Shown here: positions 59,061-64,000 of the stretch, in pieces
Layout: each line of letters opens with the position of its first letter
Position numbering within the stretch: position 1 is the stretch's first letter
Assembly (NCBI RefSeq): GCF_046119375.1
Contig: NW_027362768.1
Location: 327,360,001-327,424,000 of the forward strand
Direction: 5' to 3'
Source of the DNA: Phyllobates terribilis
Taxonomy: Eukaryota
DNA: 64,000 nt
The notes under the pieces: generated by a model
Told to the model about the DNA's origin: nothing
Seen by the model: only the letters and a program-made list of their open reading frames with translations
Databases searched by the model: none
Program-made: the position numbers and the translations under genes

Positions 59061-59917
59061 CAGACGAGCACACTGTCGTACATAATCATCAGCACCCCTG
59101 ACACGGAATGGGGCGACAGGGTGCATGTGGGTTCTGTGGCTCCAATCAGCTCCTCCAGGCGGAAGGAAAAAAGCCCCTTTTTCTGACAAACAAGTCACCT
59201 AAAGTAAGAGTAAAGCGGTCCTCCTCCTGCTGCACCACACGTACAATGCAGGCTGCCTCCTTGAGACTTTATTTTAGGTGGAAACCCTCTTTAAAGGTTA
59301 ATAAGAAATATGCTTTGTGTCCTGCCCAGCTGTCACACATTTCTATCCTACATGACGGGGGGGGCAGACTGCATCCTCTGTCTTGAAATAACATATAAAC
59401 ACGCCTGGAAGCACCATGACAGTCAGTGATCACCGGGGTCCGTCTCCGTGTCTATGGGATGTGACAGCGCTCTTCTGCTTCGTTAAGCGACCAGTCACTT
59501 TTACTTTTGTTAAAACCGAGCATAAAATAGCATCCTCTCACTTATTAGCAATGGGTGGCGATGATATGATTGAGCAAGATCCTTCCTCTGCTTTATGGGC
59601 AGTGGGTTTTCCATTAAAGAAAGCAATGATTGAATTATATACACCAAGTTGTGTCTGTGCTAATAATAATAGTCACGGTAATAAATGTAGAATCCATTTA
59701 CATATCTAGTATGTATATACCACCCATAATACGGCGGTATATACTACCTCACTATTAGAAAGTAGCTGCAAAAAGTCTCTACCAGTAGAGGACTAGGTAT
59801 GACCTTATATTACATTACATGGTCACCTGCTGAAATATGTAATACTACATTGTGGCAAGGCACAAAATTTAAGCATCTCATTTTGGGATTTATCCTTGAA
59901 GTTTTTCCGGCCTTTAA

Positions 59918-60303
59918 AGAGGATCTGTCACTTGCTGTAAATATATTATTTTTTACCTGCTGTAAATGCCGCTGTTCTCCTGAATCCGGCGTTATTTTTC
60001 TTTTGTTTCTACGCCTCTCTGTTCCCGAGATATGGCCCCTTTTTTCTTATACATAAATTTAGTCTCGTTTCCAACTGAGCGTGGTCCCCGAGAAGGCGCC
60101 CACTGAGAAGAGGTCAGGACCACGCCCACTTCAATAAAAAAGAAATAAAAAAAAGACTAGATTTACATACAGGGAAGAGGGGGCCATATCTCAGGAACGG
60201 AGAGGCGCAGGAACAAAAGAAAAACCGCGTCGGATTCAGGAGAACAATGGCTTTTACACCAGATAAAAGAAATTGCACATTTATAGCAAGTAAAAGGTCC
60301 CCT
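59918..60303. mobile_element. TTAA-type MITE
   Basis: TTAA|AGAGGATCTGTCACTTGC ... GCAAGTAAAAGGTCCCCT|TTAA, palindromic interior. Confidence 0.8.
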
Positions 60304-60789
60304 TTAAGGGTTATTCTCAAGATTTAAAAGGTATCAGCTGTCTAAAAGAAAATAGTTAACTTGCAGACCAGTTGGTGTCTTACTGATCCTGAGATCGAGG
60401 CTCTGAAATGCCCTATCAGAATTGAACAGAGGTTGCCACCATCCTATTCATTTTCAATGGGACTAAGCCGAGTACAGCATTCCACAGGCCTAAGACAATG
60501 CACCTCCAAACTCTATTCCAGAGCCCCATTCTCAACAATAGAGGGGGTCCCTCACCGATTTGCAATTTATCGCTCGTATTTTGGAAATGTGATGACTTTA
60601 AATATTGGGAACAACCTTCAAAAATAAAGTTTAAATACTTTTCATTGACTGGTCGCATTGAAGCAAGGTAAGGAGGATGTAGCAGAAGACTTATCTGCCT
60701 GGGTTCTCCTAGCACATGTCTGATACCCACAGATCCACTTCACAGCGACAGTATGGAGGCAGAGGATCCACAAGACATTGCATCCTTAC

Positions 60790-60854
60790 CTTCTGCAGCT
60801 GCTTGATGATGTCCTCATCTTTGTTCAGATATGGCTTATATGAGCTGTAGACGC
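60790..60854 (-). CDS. DENND6A: DENND6A exon ([21 protein letters not shown])
   Basis: 65 nt, phase 1/0. Confidence 0.96.
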
Positions 60855-60932
60855 CTGCAGAGAGAATAAAACCACAATGACACATAACAGCCCCATAGAA
60901 TTGGCGTATCGCCATCACACGGCAGCACTCAC

Positions 60933-60998
60933 CAGGCTTTGAATCCAGAGTCTTTAATGTTTTCAGTTTCTTCACTTTGACCTGTTTGGGTACATCTC
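60933..60998 (-). CDS. DENND6A: DENND6A exon ([21 protein letters not shown])
   Basis: 66 nt, phase 1/1. Confidence 0.96.
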
Positions 60999-61716
60999 CT
61001 GCAATGTAAGGAGTAACGTACAGTCTCATTACTTACAGATGATAGACTTCACTGCTGTCGTGCAAAATGCATGCACAGTTTTGTTTTGTTTTTTTCTTAT
61101 TTTCACATTGCAGAAGTCATTATTTTTCCATTTTTTTCACAGTAACATTTTAAAAAGCATGGGATGTAAAAATGCAATTGCTTAATAACTTCTATAATAC
61201 AATGAAATGTTTCAGTATCAGTGATATACTGACAAGCAAATTATTACCCTAGCAGAGGAGGCTGGATATGGGCAGCGCTTACAAGCTTTTTTCCAATAGA
61301 GCTTGAAAGCGCTGCTCTGATGCTGGCCGGATGGAGGGAGTGCACTGTTAGCACCTGATCCAGAGAACACTGTTAGCACCTGATCCATGTCGGCTCATTC
61401 GATCTTGTTATATGATGCAGCTTAACTTCCGCAGCATTGGAAAGAGCAATAGTTTGGACCCTCTGCTCGATAATGCCGCTGGTCCAAAGTGTGAATCAAG
61501 ATCTGCACCATCCTCAAGCAAGTAGGAAGACTGGATTGCTGAGGAGCGGTGAACTCCTGAACAGCAATTATGAGGACAGAACCCTAAGTAAATAAATGCT
61601 ACAATTCTGGCTGGCTGCGGTCACCACTAAATGGCGATCTGAAGCTTACTGCGTAATAATTGCACAATAAACTTAATATTAAAGCAGAAAGTTCCTATGG
61701 CTGCAGGACAGAAACG

Positions 61717-61850
61717 NNNNNNNNNNNNNNNNNNNNNNNNNNNNNNNNNNNNNNNNNNNNNNNNNNNNNNNNNNNNNNNNNNNNNNNNNNNNNNNNNNNN
61801 NNNNNNNNNNNNNNNNNNNNNNNNNNNNNNNNNNNNNNNNNNNNNNNNNN
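61717..61850. other. Assembly gap (134 N)
   Basis: Run of N in a DENND6A intron. Confidence 1.
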
Positions 61851-62366
61851 AAATACAACATGGTGTTAAAAGTTGGATACAAACTAGAGAATCGATTATT
61901 AATGTATAAAATTCGGATTCTGTAGAATCGCCAAATTTGCGATACACCTGCAAGAATTAAAGGAACATTGTTGCTGGATTCTGTGGGCCAATAAGGCATT
62001 AAAAAATAAAAAATGTTATACATCCCTCGCCCACTGCTGACAGTTCTCCAATTGGCTCCACTGTCTTTCCTCTTGTGTCTTGGATCTTCTTCTCTCGCCG
62101 GCGTTGATGTTCTTCACTGTCTTATGGGGCACAACAAAGATTAAAGGTGTGACAGCGAGGGTCCTAGTGAAGAACGGCAACGCCAGGAAAGAGAAGAAGA
62201 TACAAACCAGCAAGCAGTGATAGCAGGTGACATAATGGGCCGACAAGATGGGGAACGTCATTATGTTCCACCTTCTGCATCTCGGAATAGCTTAACCCCC
62301 CACCCAATGTAAAGTGGTAATATAAAGCGCCCCTTCATGTGTATTTAGGATCAGAGTCGTTTTTAC

Positions 62367-62461
62367 CTGCCAGCTTTACATCTCCTATACGGATTATATG
62401 TGGCCAGTGCTGCAGAGTTTTAGCAAAGAACGGATTGGTGACACCGAAGATGACGGAAGGT
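62367..62461 (-). CDS. DENND6A: DENND6A exon ([31 protein letters not shown])
   Basis: 95 nt, phase 2/1, conserved GVTNPFF DENN motif. Confidence 0.96.
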
Positions 62462-63020
62462 CTATGGAGAAGGAAACAAGACGACTCATTACGCAAATAA
62501 CTCAACATTGCTTCATTACCAAAGACAGCCATGTATGCGCTAATATGTCCCATAAACACCATTTACCACATGTATGATGAGTCGGGGTGACTGCAGGGAT
62601 CTCCCCCTGCTCCCATGTCCCATAGAAGTGAATGGAGCCATGGTGACACATGCTCACTACCGCTCCATTCACGCCAGGGACCCCAGCATTGGATCATACA
62701 TTTAGCACCAACCCTGTGCATAGGTGATAAATGCCGTTTATGGGATTGATACGGGGACTTGCAAGAGTTAAAAAAAATACAGCATCATCTCATCTCGAGG
62801 ACTAAATTGAACAGTTTGCATAAAAAATATATAAAGTCAGGATTTTCGTCTAGAAAGAAGCCATCACAGCTATGGAGAATTGGGTCTCTAATAAACATCG
62901 CCGAGTCCTGACCACCATGGACATTAATGGGGATGTTATTGAGGACAGACAACCCCTTTAAGTGCATCACAGCGCTAGTTCATTAGCTCATCAGGCATGG
63001 ATTGGTCAGAGAATACATAC

Positions 63021-63116
63021 GGTGCCTGTGTCCGGGTTGTATACTCCTTGAATTCTGCATCGTGAATGGTGAAGTACGGTCTGAAGTCGCTGCAATATTT
63101 TAGGGGAGAAATGCAC
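63021..63116 (-). CDS. DENND6A: DENND6A exon ([32 protein letters not shown]); upstream exons lie beyond the window
   Basis: 96 nt, phase 2/2, TTCAG acceptor and GTATGT donor, [10 protein letters not shown] motif. Confidence 0.96.
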
Positions 63117-63224
63117 CTGAATATAAAAAAAAAAAAAAAAATAGAAATAAGTAAATATTTGGGGTCATGTAATCAGCTTAATCTTTAACAGGACCTTTCT
63201 AATTAAAAAGGTATTTTCCAGATG

Positions 63225-64000
63225 GCGGTGGGGGCTCGGTGATGCCCACTACAGTGAAATGCGGCAGCTCAGTGATGCCCACTACAGTAAAGCGCGGCGG
63301 CGGCAGGGGCTCGGTGATGCCTACTACAGTAAAGCACGGTGGTGGCAGGGGCTCAGTGATGCCTACTACAGTGAAGCACGATGGTGGCAGGGGCTCAGTG
63401 ATGCCTACTACAGTGAAGCACGGTTGTGGCAGGGGCTCGATGATGCCTACAAAGAGGCATGGTGGTGGGGCGGGGGCTCGGTGATGCCTACTACAGTAAA
63501 GCATGGCGATGGCAAGGGCTCGGTGATGCCTACTACAGTAAAACATGGCGGTGGCAGGGGCTCGGTGATGCCTACTACAGTAAAGCACGGCGGTGGCAGG
63601 GGCTCAGTGATGCCTACTACAGTAAAGTACGGCGTGGCAGGGGCTCAGTGATGCCTACTACAGTAAAGTACGGCGGTGGCAGGGGCTCAGTGATGCCTAC
63701 TACAGTGAAGCACGGCGGTGGCAGGGGCTCGGTGATGCCCACTACAGTAAAGCACGGCGGTGGCAGGGGCTCAGTGATGCCTACTACAGTAAAGCACGGC
63801 AGTGGCACAGGCTCAGTGATGCCTAGTACAGTAAAGCACGGCGGTGGCAGGGGCTCGGTGATGCCTACTACAGTAAAGCACGGCGGTGCCGGGGCTCGAT
63901 GATACCTACAAAGAAGCATGGTGGAGGGGTTGGGGGCTTGGTGATGCCTACCACAGTTAAGGCTGGTGGCGGGGGCTCGGTGATGCCTACTACAGTAAAG
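63225..64000. repeat. 42-bp minisatellite, at least 18 copies, running off the window end
   Basis: (GGGGCTCGGTGATGCCTACTACAGTAAAGCACGGCGGTGGCA)n. Confidence 0.96.

Noticed and set aside
61717-61850. Possible missing DENND6A exon in the N gap
   Set aside because: The flanking exons join in phase 1 and read continuously (…GDVKLAG|DVPKQV…) as in the recalled orthologue.
63199-63919. Repetitive ORFs (GSVMPTTVKH and DAYYSKARWWQ repeats)
   Set aside because: Artefact of the 42-bp intronic minisatellite.

Overview
Vertebrate genomic DNA, most likely from a frog, judged from the TTAA/Kolobok-type and Harbinger MITE families and the CR1 type; the species cannot be determined from sequence alone. The window holds the syntenic block PDE12 (+, 3 coding exons, complete, 565 aa), ARF4 (-, 6 coding exons, complete, 180 aa) and the last 10 coding exons of DENND6A (-, 5' end beyond the window). 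All called exons have GT-AG boundaries and consistent phases. The rest is mostly transposon-derived: CR1, L2-like and L1 ORF1 fragments, three LTR-type relics, three Tc1 relics, hAT, piggyBac-like, Harbinger and TTAA MITEs, and about ten minisatellites. There is one 134-N assembly gap. No prokaryote-type system, CRISPR array or RNA gene is supported. The most notable structure is a 7.6-kb nested hAT > piggyBac-like > MITE stack, with intact target-site duplications (TSDs) on the outer two layers, inserted 26 bp from the ARF4 promoter motifs. It carries a 3.2-kb chain of alternating inverted ~190-bp units. Also of note are a cluster of CREB3/TFE3-type motifs at the ARF4 promoter, several candidate alternative-isoform signals (PDE12 second AUG, duplicated PDE12 donor, stop-free in-frame DENND6A intron) and some unusual TE architectures. 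Gene names and family assignments come from recalled sequences and motifs, not from database searches.
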